From Candidatus Latescibacterota bacterium (GTDB taxonomy: Bacteria; Latescibacterota; UBA2968; SICM01), in the NCBI GenBank assembly GCA_965217865.1, contig CBDCJO010000002.1:5376001-5440000 (forward strand): DNA of 64,000 nt, read 5' to 3'. Below, piece after piece: positions 10,274-18,858 of this stretch. The notes under the pieces were generated by a model. It worked only from the letters and a program-made list of their open reading frames with translations, was not told where the DNA came from and made no database searches. Numbering within the stretch: position 1 is the stretch's first letter; each line of letters opens with the position of its first letter. The position numbers and the translations under genes were made by a program.

Positions 10274-11110
10274 TTATGGATGACGAAACTGGAAAATCCC
10301 CCACACCAGGTACCCCTTTTTCCCGCCGTCGATCCAGTAGCCTAACCCTTTCTCCATCCGGTCTATATAGTCCTGGCTTACCACCTCGCTCAGCTCTTCT
10401 CCCCGTCGCTTCGTCTCCTCCAGCACCCGGGCGTAGTGGATCACAAGCTGATGCGTGAGATCCTCGAACCGGACCTCGTCCAAACCCGCCTCCCTGGCCG
10501 TCTCCCGGTAATAGTCGGGCGATCCCAGCGACTCTAAGTGGATGCGTTCCAGAATCGGCTGCAGCACGCCTTCGGGACAGTCGTCCGATTGCATAGGATC
10601 TGTAAACACTATATTGCCGCCTGGCTTCAAAACTCGCACAGCTTCCGCCAGCACCCGCGCCCGGTCGCCGCTGTGCAGGATCGCATCCTGCGACCATACG
10701 AGGTCGAATGTATTATCCCCGGCGGGAACGTCCTCGAAATTTCCGTCCACCACCTCGATCAGGTGGTCCAGTCCCTGCGCCTCGTTCATCTCCCGAGCAC
10801 GCTCGTTCTGAACCTCACTCAAGTTAATGGCGATCACTTCACATCCAGAGGTAGCGGCAAGGAACCGCGCCGCGCCGCAAAACCCGGATCCCATATCCAG
10901 CACTTTGGTATTCGCATCCAGGCTTTCAGGCAATGACGCAAGGTATTCCACCGTCCGCCGGCTGGCAACAGGAATCGGCTCCTCCTCCGATTCGTATAAT
11001 CCGATGTGGATATCCTCACCACCCCAGATCTTATAGTAAAAATTATCTGAATCCTCGCAGTTATAATAGTCCTTCGCCGTGTCCAGTGCGCTCGAATACG
11101 CCAAGCTCAT
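10274..11110 (-). CDS. Sarcosine/dimethylglycine N-methyltransferase (betaine synthesis)
   Basis: AKDYYN..DSDNFY..IWGGEDIHIGLY, LDMGSGFCG, WSQDAILHS, FTDPMQ. Confidence 0.9.
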   Translation of the reverse strand: MSLAYSSALDTAKDYYNCEDSDNFYYKIWGGEDIHIGLYESEEEPIPVASRRTVEYLASLPESLDANTKVLDMGSGFCGAARFLAATSGCEVIAINLSEVQNERAREMNEAQGLDHLIEVVDGNFEDVPAGDNTFDLVWSQDAILHSGDRARVLAEAVRVLKPGGNIVFTDPMQSDDCPEGVLQPILERIHLESLGSPDYYRETAREAGLDEVRFEDLTHQLVIHYARVLEETKRRGEELSEVVSQDYIDRMEKGLGYWIDGGKKGYLVWGIFQFRHP

Positions 11111-11280
11111 CGCCTACCTCCGTAGTGGTTTTTCCGCCCGTGGCAAAAAAGTCGGGCTCTTCCTCCCGGTAAGTCTACTGAAAATCCCATAGGTTTCCAC
11201 CTGTTGAAACCCCACCTCCCTTATAAGCTGCAGCGTATACGCCTTTCGGAGCGGGTACATGTTGAGATAGTGCTGATCTC
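11103..11280 (-). pseudogene. C-terminal remnant of glycine/sarcosine N-methyltransferase
   Basis: HYLNMYPLRKAYTLQLIREVGF..VETYG.FQ*TYREEEPDF with several indels; usual position just upstream of SDMT; 5' part absent. Confidence 0.75.
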
Positions 11281-11411
11281 ACAAGCAATTTGTCGAGAGG
11301 ACAGCGATTTTAGCGACGGTTGTTGTCAAATTTTGTCAAACTCAAGCCGCATATCCCGACTCATATAAGCTTATTTTTTGATAAATAATCATTTACAAAA
11401 CACATTTCCCT

Positions 11412-11427
11412 TGGCACGGACATTGCA
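11412..11427 (+). promoter_or_regulatory. Sigma54 -24/-12 motif
   Basis: TGGCAC-ggaca-TTGCA. Confidence 0.65.
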
Positions 11428-11603
11428 TAATAAAATCCAGGAGACCAATATATCTAATGTGAGGGATAGATTCCAAGTTTAAAGGAAACCTATCTGGAAC
11501 TAAATGTCTTTATCGGGCGTCCATCTGGTAGGACCCAGTAATACCTGATTAGGGGCCCCGGAGAGTGGGTCGGAAACGAATTCCGGACTACGGTTTTTCT
11601 CAC

Positions 11604-11663
11604 TTGACTTCTTCTTCAAGATAACTTACATTTTACTCAACTTTTTAAAAATTCAGCCGAAAA
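11604..11663 (+). promoter_or_regulatory. Tandem sigma70-like and sigma28-like promoters
   Basis: TTGACT-17-TACATT (11604-11632); TCAA-N15-GCCGAAAA (11637-11663). Confidence 0.55.
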
Positions 11664-11700
11664 CTAGGATTAGAGACCAACTCTTTTAGGAGGTTAATCT

Positions 11701-12450
11701 ATGAGACGGATTACTCTGTTTTTATCGGCGATGTGCCTGATCATCGGGGTATCGGCAGCTTTGGCGGCGGCCCCCGGGGGACTTTTGAAGGCCCTGGATG
11801 GAGGCGCGAAGGATGAAGTCCGGATGCAGGTGGTTCTTTCTGAGATGACGCAGATGAAAGGATATGGATTCGCAGTAGAATACGATCCTACCCAATATGA
11901 ATTTATCCGGGCGGAACAGGGAGAAGACAATCTTTTCGGAACAGAGTCGCCCCTCTTCCTGACATCGACCAAAGAATCGGGAAAAGTCCTGATAGCGAAC
12001 GCAAACGTGAACGCGAAAGAGGGCATCAGCGGGGATGGGTCGGCCGCTGTTCTCACTTTCCGAAAGATCGGCAACGTGACGGGAGAATTCGGTCTATCGG
12101 ACCTTACGGTCCTCGATATTTCCGGTGGGGTGGACCAGATTAAGAATGTCCACGCCCTCGAATTAAAACCGAAAGAATTCGGCCTGGATCAGAATTATCC
12201 CAACCCGTTCAACCCGGTCACGCAGATAAACTTTCGAATGCCGGTGGATTCCCACGTGCGACTTGCGGTGTATAATATCCTCGGCCAGAAGATCCGAACC
12301 CTGGTCAATGAGTTCACGCCTGCGGGGTCCTACACCATCAATTGGGATGGCCAGGATGAGATTGGAAGACAGGCTGCGTCGGGTATGTATCTCTATCGGC
12401 TGGATGCCGGTCAGTTCAAGGCAATCAAACGGATGACCCTGTTAAAATAG
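11701..12450 (+). CDS. Secreted protein: cohesin-like domain plus FlgD-Ig / T9SS-A-like C-terminal domain
   Basis: Signal peptide; KGYGFAVEYDP (cohesin-like); LDQNYPNPFNP...YNILGQKIRTL...WDGQDE.G...SGMYLYRL...KRMTLLK. Confidence 0.8.
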   Translation: MRRITLFLSAMCLIIGVSAALAAAPGGLLKALDGGAKDEVRMQVVLSEMTQMKGYGFAVEYDPTQYEFIRAEQGEDNLFGTESPLFLTSTKESGKVLIANANVNAKEGISGDGSAAVLTFRKIGNVTGEFGLSDLTVLDISGGVDQIKNVHALELKPKEFGLDQNYPNPFNPVTQINFRMPVDSHVRLAVYNILGQKIRTLVNEFTPAGSYTINWDGQDEIGRQAASGMYLYRLDAGQFKAIKRMTLLK

Positions 12451-12476
12451 AATCGAATACAACTGAGTTGTATCGT

Positions 12477-12511
12477 GGCGCACCTTATTTTTAAGGTGCG
12501 CCTTTTTTTTT
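12477..12511 (+). terminator. Rho-independent terminator
   Basis: ggcgcacctta-tttt-taaggtgcgcc followed by a T-run. Confidence 0.85.
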
Positions 12512-12715
12512 CACTATCATCAGGGGTTGGAGGTCAGCCTCAACCTTGGAAGCCAGTTCGGGGCTTCTTGGGGTTCGGGAATTAATGCGAATGTTGTGGA
12601 GTCGGACCGTGCTGAAGGGGGGCGGAGTATGTCTTGTGGGTTCGATGGCGAGTGCTTGACAAGGTGGATTGGATTATCTACATTTGGCAGTTGCCTTGGA
12701 CGGTGTATCCTGGTT

Positions 12716-12940
12716 TTATTTCTCCAGCTTCTGAATCGCGGATTCGCCGCCAGGATGGGAGGGGAGTTCTCCCAGTGTATCTGAGTAGGCGTAGGCGGTC
12801 TCCGCGACCGTGCAGGCGTTCAGATCGATGACGTAGTGGACCTGATTCGGATCGATATTCCTATCGTTACACCCTGCCCGAATCGTCGCCTTCACAAAGT
12901 CTTCTGTAGTCCCGAATTTGACCCGAACCTGATCGAGCAT
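12716..12940 (-). CDS. Hypothetical small protein (possibly truncated)
   Basis: 74-aa ORF with G-rich RBS and an upstream TTGACA motif; no family recognised. Confidence 0.35.
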   Translation of the reverse strand: MLDQVRVKFGTTEDFVKATIRAGCNDRNIDPNQVHYVIDLNACTVAETAYAYSDTLGELPSHPGGESAIQKLEK

Positions 12941-13129
12941 GATAACCCCCCATACGGGAATTCAATACGGATAGGCAAACCTCGAGAATTTACTCGGCAA
13001 AATTTAAAAACAAGATCATGTTTTGTCAAGTTTAGAGCCAGAACAGGCTCAATAGCCAGTTTGTTCATCCACTCATCTTTGATCGAATGTTTGAACCGCA
13101 ATCGATGAATTGCACGGGTTGTGTTCGGT

Positions 13130-14675
13130 ATGACATACCTCCTTGGCATCGATATCGGCACGACCGGGGTCCGGGCAATCCTCGTCGATGAGACCGGCGG
13201 GGTGGCGGCTGGAGTCACGATCGAGCATCCGATCCACACGCCAAGGCCCAACTGGTCGGAGCAAGATCCGGAGGACTGGTGGAAGGGAACCCTGAATGCG
13301 GTCCGGGGAGTCCTTGGAAAGATCGGTCCCGGATCCGGCAGGCGGGTTATCGGGCTGGGACTTTCCGGTCAGATGCACAGCTCTGTATTCTTAGATGGCC
13401 GCGATCGTGTTCTCAGACGGGCCCTCCTTTGGAACGACGGACGGACTACGGAACAATGCCGGTGGATCACCAAGCAGGTGGGCGCCTCCGGGTTGAAGCG
13501 CCTGGTGGGTAACCCCGCCCTTGAGGGTTTCACGGCACCGAAGGTTATCTGGTTGCGGGATGAAGAACCCAAAACCTATCGACGCCTGAGGACGCTCCTT
13601 CTGCCCAAGGATTACATCCGGTTTCGTTTAACAGGAGAAAAAGCAACGGAAGTCTCGGACGCGGCCGGGACGTTGCTTTTTGACGTGCGGAATCGGCGAT
13701 GGTCCAAGGAGCTCCTCGAGAAACTCGACCTCTCTTCGAAAATACTTCCACCTGTGTTTGAATCGACGGAAGTTTGCGGAAAGGTGTCGCCCGCTCGACC
13801 GGGTTGAAATCCGGAATCCCGGTCGTCGGCGGGGGGCAGACAGCACGTGTGGAGCCATCGGGAATGGGATCGTACGAGAGGGGCGAGTGCTCTCAAGCAT
13901 CGGAACCTCGGGCGTGATATTCGCCCATACGGATCGCGTCAAGATCGACCCGAGCATGCGGGTCCATACCTTTTGCCATAGTGTTCGCAGCCGATGGTAC
14001 CTGATAGGTGTAACTCTTTCTGCCGGAAATTCTTTGCGCTGGTTCAGAGATTCCCTTTCGCCCCTGGAGACGCAGATGGAGCGTATTTCCGGGATCGATG
14101 CCTATTCCGTATTGACCGAAGAAGCCAGGATGGCACCACCGGGGAGTGAGGGCCTTGTTTTTCTCCCGTATCTCACGGGTGAAAGGACGCCTCACAAAGA
14201 TGCCTCAGCCCGAGGGGTACTATTCGGTATCAGCCCGCGGCATAATCGATCCCACGTCGTCCGGGCGGTCATGGAAGGGATCACCTTTGGCATGAACGAT
14301 TCTCTCCGGATAATCAGGGAATTGGGGGTAAAGGTGGATGAGGTCCGGACGACCGGGGGAGGAGCCCGCAGCGCCTTTTGGGGCCAGGTGCAGGCCGATT
14401 TTTTCGAGGCATCCGTAGGCACGGTGAATGCGACGGAGGGGCCTGCTTTCGGAGCCGCCCTGATGGCGGGTGTCGGGTCTGGAATTTTCGGGGATCTGAA
14501 GGAGGCCACGGATCAATTCGTGAAGGTAACGGGAAGAATCGAACCCAACCCCCAAAATGTCGCTCGATATCGGGAGATGTATTCCGTGTTCAGATCGCTG
14601 TATCCCGAGTTAAAGCGCTCCTTCCGTCGGGTTCGGGGGATCGTAGAAAAGCAAAGCCCGAAAGCGGAGAACTAA
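13130..14675 (+). pseudogene. xylB: Xylulokinase split by frameshifts near 13790-13840
   Basis: LGIDIGTTG, SGQMH, LWNDGRT, LLPKDY, SDAAGT; second half SIGTSG, FLPYLTGERTPH, RAVMEG; bridging frame TGLKSGIPVVGGG with one G missing in a G-run. Confidence 0.85.
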
Positions 14676-14750
14676 GGGTGAAAACGAAAATCGATCGTGC
14701 CGGGCATTGCGCCAAGTTGTATATATTTATTTTCTATTTCCGGAGGGTCT

Positions 14751-15422
14751 ATGTTATTTAAACCGGTCAAAAGACTGACAAAGCGACAGATTAAAGAAGA
14801 CAAACTGGTCACGATGGCTGCAAAGACATCGGCATGGCTTAGACTTAACTATCCAATGATCATCGCTGGTGCGGCCGGGCTTGTAGTACTCGTCATCGTC
14901 GCGAACATTATCCTGGGTAAAGATGAAGCACTTGGCTTGGAAGCCGCAGATGCTTTTGCCAAAACCAAGATCGCCGCGATCGAAGAGCGGATTGGAGATA
15001 TATTTCTACACGGGGAAGAGGCATATACTAAATATCCCGGCACCGGGGGGGGAGCCCAGGCGCTTTTACTTGTGGCCAACACGTACTTCGACCTTGGCCG
15101 TTTGTCCGAGGGGAAGGGGGCGTTTCAAAGGTGCATCGACGACTACTCGGACGATCCGGTTATGGTCTATGCGGGCTGGATCGGGTTGGCGGCGTGCCTT
15201 GAGCAGGAGGGAAAACCAGGCGAGGCAGCGGCAAAATACGAGGGGTTTGCGAATACCTTTCGCGATTCCCCATTTAGGGGGGCTTCATTGATTGATGCCG
15301 CCCGCTGTTATGGGGAAGCAGGGAATCGAGATAAAAAGCGTGCACTCCTCGAAATGTTCATCGAGGGTCACAAGGATTCACCTCTGGTCTCGGATGCCAG
15401 AGTCAGGTTAAAGACGATGTGA
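14751..15422 (+). CDS. TPR membrane protein (YfgM-like)
   Basis: KRLTKRQIKEDKLVT N-terminus, one TM helix, TPR repeats; RBS ggagg. Confidence 0.75.
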   Translation: MLFKPVKRLTKRQIKEDKLVTMAAKTSAWLRLNYPMIIAGAAGLVVLVIVANIILGKDEALGLEAADAFAKTKIAAIEERIGDIFLHGEEAYTKYPGTGGGAQALLLVANTYFDLGRLSEGKGAFQRCIDDYSDDPVMVYAGWIGLAACLEQEGKPGEAAAKYEGFANTFRDSPFRGASLIDAARCYGEAGNRDKKRALLEMFIEGHKDSPLVSDARVRLKTM

Positions 15423-15443
15423 TAGTTGCATAGGTGGAATTTG

Positions 15444-15482
15444 GGCCTCATCCCCGATCCGGGCGATGAGGCTTTTTTTTTG
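15444..15482 (+). terminator. Rho-independent terminator
   Basis: gcctcatc...gatgaggc followed by a T-run, between convergent genes. Confidence 0.7.
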
Positions 15483-15502
15483 TTCAGGACGAATCACCGG
15501 CG

Positions 15503-16243
15503 CTACTCCCAGAACACCACCTCGATCCTCCGATTCTTCTGCTGGTTTTCCACTGTATCGTTCGGGGCCACCGGGCGGGTGTCCCCGTATCCGACGGCTT
15601 TAATGACATCCTCAGAGATTCCCTGGCTCACGAAAAAGGCCTTGACGTTCTCCGCACGCTGGAGTGAGAGCTGATAATTGATCTTGGGATCTCCCGTGTT
15701 GTCGGTGTGTCCTTCGATCACAATCTTTTTCGGCTCGATCGCCTTTATCTGGGTAGCTGCCTTCTCGAACTCCTGAGTTGCGCCCGCGGTCAATTGAACG
15801 CTCCCCGGGGAAAACATCACTGCGGAGTCGAGCTTGAGCGAAGGGGCCACGGCATCCCCGACCATAAACCGATAGAAGTCGAGGGTGAGCTTTTTCATCG
15901 GTTCCTGCGAGACCACCTTTGTCAGGCTGGTCTTTTCATCGGCCGTGATGACCTCCAGGGTCCCGATCAGAAGCTTCACGCGCATCGGGGATTCGTCGGT
16001 AGGGTCGTCCGCGTAGATATAGCGGTATACGTTCAAAACGGTCCCCAGTTCCATACCCTGTTCATTCCCGGCGTTGATGAAGTAGAAAGGCTCCTCACGA
16101 ATTCGGGGCATGTCCTCGGAATACGGCTGGCTGGTCCAAAAAGCCAGATTTTTCCTGGATTCCAACAATTTTGAAGAGTTTGGCTTCAACCGGAACCGAG
16201 AACAGCATGATTCCGGGATGCATACAAGATCGATTCTTTTCAT
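15503..16243 (-). CDS. OmpA/MotB-family peptidoglycan-binding protein; N-terminus probably scrambled by compensating indels
   Basis: IEGHTDNTG, NYQLSLQRAENV, GYGDTRPVAPN, KNRRIEV; signal-like GIMLFSVPVEA lies in another frame; TTGACA-17-TATCAT promoter at 16300-16328. Confidence 0.85.
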   Translation of the reverse strand: MKRIDLVCIPESCCSRFRLKPNSSKLLESRKNLAFWTSQPYSEDMPRIREEPFYFINAGNEQGMELGTVLNVYRYIYADDPTDESPMRVKLLIGTLEVITADEKTSLTKVVSQEPMKKLTLDFYRFMVGDAVAPSLKLDSAVMFSPGSVQLTAGATQEFEKAATQIKAIEPKKIVIEGHTDNTGDPKINYQLSLQRAENVKAFFVSQGISEDVIKAVGYGDTRPVAPNDTVENQQKNRRIEVVFWE

Positions 16244-16426
16244 GGGACCTCCAGCGTAGATGACGATCCTGACAGTCTTAACTCAAGGAATTCATTTAAA
16301 TGATACAAGGGTATCTGTGATCTGTCAAGCTCAACGCTGTTTCTCTTCCCATCTACAGAGAGATTTATCAAAGATGATTCACAACACAGTATGTGTTACG
16401 ATCGCGAGAAGGAACGCTTAGCGTCT

Positions 16427-17257
16427 TTAATGGCGGGCTTTTAATGAAAAGATGCCATAACCCATTATAATGATCGCAAGAACCACATAAAGGTAGGGGG
16501 GCATCAATGGGATTGTCCTGGGGACTTCGGGCGGACCACCCCCCCCGGCAGCCACGATGATGACCACGTTCGCATCGCTGGCCGCTATGGCGCTTCCCAC
16601 GCCATAGGATGAGGGCATGCCGCCCCCGGTCTCGCGTATGTCCGCGTGGTCGAGGGCTGCCGCCAGTCTGAATCGGTGGCCTGGGGTTGCACCGGCAGAG
16701 ACGTCGGCCGTCACGAAGAAGTAGATGGAACTGGGGACGTCCCCAGGATCCGGGATGTCTCTGTCTCCACCGGCCACGCCCTGCATGTCGATCAGGGTCG
16801 CGGCCACGATGCTCACCGCAACCGTCTTCATGAAAGTATCCCCTGCGTCGAGGGTCGCGTCGTCGCTCCGGTAGAGGTTCAACCCGATAAAGTCGGACCT
16901 AGCAAGTCCCGAGCCACCGCCACTCACGTCCGAAATGGTGACGGTAATTCCGAAACTCCCGGGCGGATTATCCCCGAGCCGGGCTGACCGCACGTCATTC
17001 ACGGTGTCCTGAATATGCAAGACATAAACCTGGATTTCATTCCCGGGAAGCACGTTGTTCTCACCTGAAATTCCCTGCGCCGGGGTCACTTCAAAAACCT
17101 GGATTTGGGCTTGTGCCGTTACCGAGGTAAAGGCAAACATGATCAGGACGGAATACAGGGCGTTCCTTCTGATTGCCCTGCTCCCTGGGTGTGAAGCCGG
17201 TGGGGAGGGGGATCCCGTCCGAAGCCGGGAGGACGTTTTTTTCACGCCGATTCTCAT
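16427..17257 (-). CDS. Exosortase target protein with IPTL-CTERM-like sorting signal
   Basis: ATG after gggag; signal peptide ...VLIMFAFTSVTAQA; beta-rich body; linker GGGGPPEVPRT, motif IPLMPP, TM YLYVVLAIIIMGYGIFSL, basic tail KARH. Confidence 0.7.
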   Translation of the reverse strand: MRIGVKKTSSRLRTGSPSPPASHPGSRAIRRNALYSVLIMFAFTSVTAQAQIQVFEVTPAQGISGENNVLPGNEIQVYVLHIQDTVNDVRSARLGDNPPGSFGITVTISDVSGGGSGLARSDFIGLNLYRSDDATLDAGDTFMKTVAVSIVAATLIDMQGVAGGDRDIPDPGDVPSSIYFFVTADVSAGATPGHRFRLAAALDHADIRETGGGMPSSYGVGSAIAASDANVVIIVAAGGGGPPEVPRTIPLMPPYLYVVLAIIIMGYGIFSLKARH

Positions 17258-17892
17258 CCGCTCCCTTTTGAACGAAGGCCGGGAAACTCGCTCTGTCCCG
17301 GGGGACTTTTCCCGGAGCAACCCACGGCTTCTGATATAGAACAGGGCTCCGGCCAGAAAGGGGACGCCTTCCCAACCGAAGTTACCCCAAAGAACCATAA
17401 TTTTGGAGCAGAGCATCGCATTTTGATGGAAGAGGGCAGTCGCGATCCGGTCCGAAAGCGGTAGAAATGATCCGCCCTGGACCTGAAGGGTTTGGTTCAC
17501 GGATTGGAGGGCGTTCCAGACCGCGAAATGGGAGAGGAGATAGATACAGAGAACGTGAGTCCCGAACAGAGCGATGAGGGCCGTGCCAAGGGCCTTCAGC
17601 CGGCCCTTCAGCTTTCCCGGCAAACCCGCAAACAGGGCGATCACGACCAGGGCGTTGAGATAGATCGTTCCGAAGGACTTCAACTCCGACCGAACGGTTT
17701 CAGGCCAGAGATTGCACACGAAATAAGTCTTTTCACCCACCTCCAGGCTGATTCCGGGTTGGAAGAAGGCAAAAAAGCGTTTGTCACAGACCCCAGAAGC
17801 GGCCCATAGATCCACGTCACCGGGGGCCAGAGGGCCATTAAGATTGCGGAAGCGGATAGGAATTTAAGCAGATAACGTATCGGTACGCTCAT
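17254..17892 (-). CDS. Exosortase-associated multi-TM membrane protein (frameshifted; currently reads into the target gene)
   Basis: MSVPIRYLLKFL...LWPPVTWIYG, frameshift near 17760, then IYLNALVVIALFAGLP...RLKALGTALIALFGTH. Confidence 0.6.
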
Positions 17893-18418
17893 ACTCTTTA
17901 ACCTTATCGACCCACCAAACCCATAGGAAAAGGGCGTATCCGGCGCCGATCATGACAAGAATAAACCTGTGAAACAGGGGTATATAATCGGGTGCGGAAA
18001 TCGCGATCGCGCCCATGAAAACCAGGCGGACCGTGCCGAAAGCAAAAAAGGCCGGGATCCCGATCGCGAGGCCTCGAAGTTTCCGATTGATCGGCGCTGG
18101 ATAAGCCAACACGCCGGCGGCGAAGATCAAACAGGTGAATAAACCCGTACAACTATGTGTGATCCTGTGTGTTACACCGGCGAGGACGACATCGCAGAAC
18201 CCGAATGCGAGATTTGTCAGGTCCAGGGGGGCCTTCACCCCAAAATATTCAAGCAAACCTGAGACCATTAGAGAGATCGGTCTCAAGTAGAGAGCGGAAA
18301 AAACTCCCTCGAAACTGTTGAAGATCAGCGCAAAAACAGCAATATAACCGATGAAGGAGAGGGCGAACCTCACCGGCCTCGAATTGCGGAGCGTCCCTTT
18401 AAGCATCGCAGTTCCCAC
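17864..18418 (-). CDS. Exosortase/archaeosortase family protein (XrtH-like)
   Basis: Multi-TM; Cys in ITHSCTG, LAYPA, Arg in TVRLV, His in LFHRF. Confidence 0.8.
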   Translation of the reverse strand: MGTAMLKGTLRNSRPVRFALSFIGYIAVFALIFNSFEGVFSALYLRPISLMVSGLLEYFGVKAPLDLTNLAFGFCDVVLAGVTHRITHSCTGLFTCLIFAAGVLAYPAPINRKLRGLAIGIPAFFAFGTVRLVFMGAIAISAPDYIPLFHRFILVMIGAGYALFLWVWWVDKVKEYERTDTLSA

Positions 18419-18465
18419 CCAAATTTAATTGCCATCCCTGAAGAACCCTTTTATCTGTGTTCGAA

Positions 18466-18492
18466 ATATCGGAAGATATTGAAAACGCTTGA
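18466..18492 (-). promoter_or_regulatory. Sigma28-like promoter of exosortase operon
   Basis: Minus strand TCAA-N15-TCCGATAT. Confidence 0.55.
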
Positions 18493-18743
18493 GGATAAAT
18501 CGGATTATTTGTGATCTTGCTCACACCTTTTCGAAGGTTTAATCGGAATTGATCGATAGGAACCTTTTCTCAATTTCAATATAGTTTCGAACACAAAAAA
18601 ATCAATGACATAGTCCTTAAAATATTCCCGTCAGGTAACCGGGTATAAAACAGCCCTTTTCTTGAAACTCGGTTGGATTTGTGCGCATGGGGAAAAAATG
18701 GGTTGTTTCGCGGGGAGGTGTTGATTTTTAAGGTGAATATTTC

Positions 18744-18772
18744 TTGACACGCAGTCGATCATGTAATATAAT
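18744..18772 (+). promoter_or_regulatory. Perfect consensus sigma70 promoter
   Basis: TTGACA-17 bp-TATAAT. Confidence 0.8.
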
Positions 18773-18858
18773 AATATACTGGATAGTCGCTTTTTGTCGG
18801 AACGACACCGATCTGATGTCGGCAGCTGAAATTAGACTTCGTAGGAGCATAATTTCGA

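Noticed and set aside
10257-10697. 147-aa N-terminal extension of the BCCT transporter
   Set aside because: Overlaps SDMT in another frame; an RBS plus TTG at 10256 gives a normal-length BCCT.
11480-11590. Cyclic di-GMP riboswitch
   Set aside because: Could not match the conserved class I or class II core motifs by eye.
13790-13840. Selenocysteine readthrough or programmed frameshift in xylB
   Set aside because: The TGA is out of the homologous frame, two separate shifts are needed and residues are missing; indels explain it better.
16427-17815. Single 462-aa membrane/secreted fusion protein
   Set aside because: An internal RBS, ATG and signal peptide at 17257 plus an ATGA-type stop in frame with the 17892 start favour two genes joined by an indel; a true fusion is not fully excluded.
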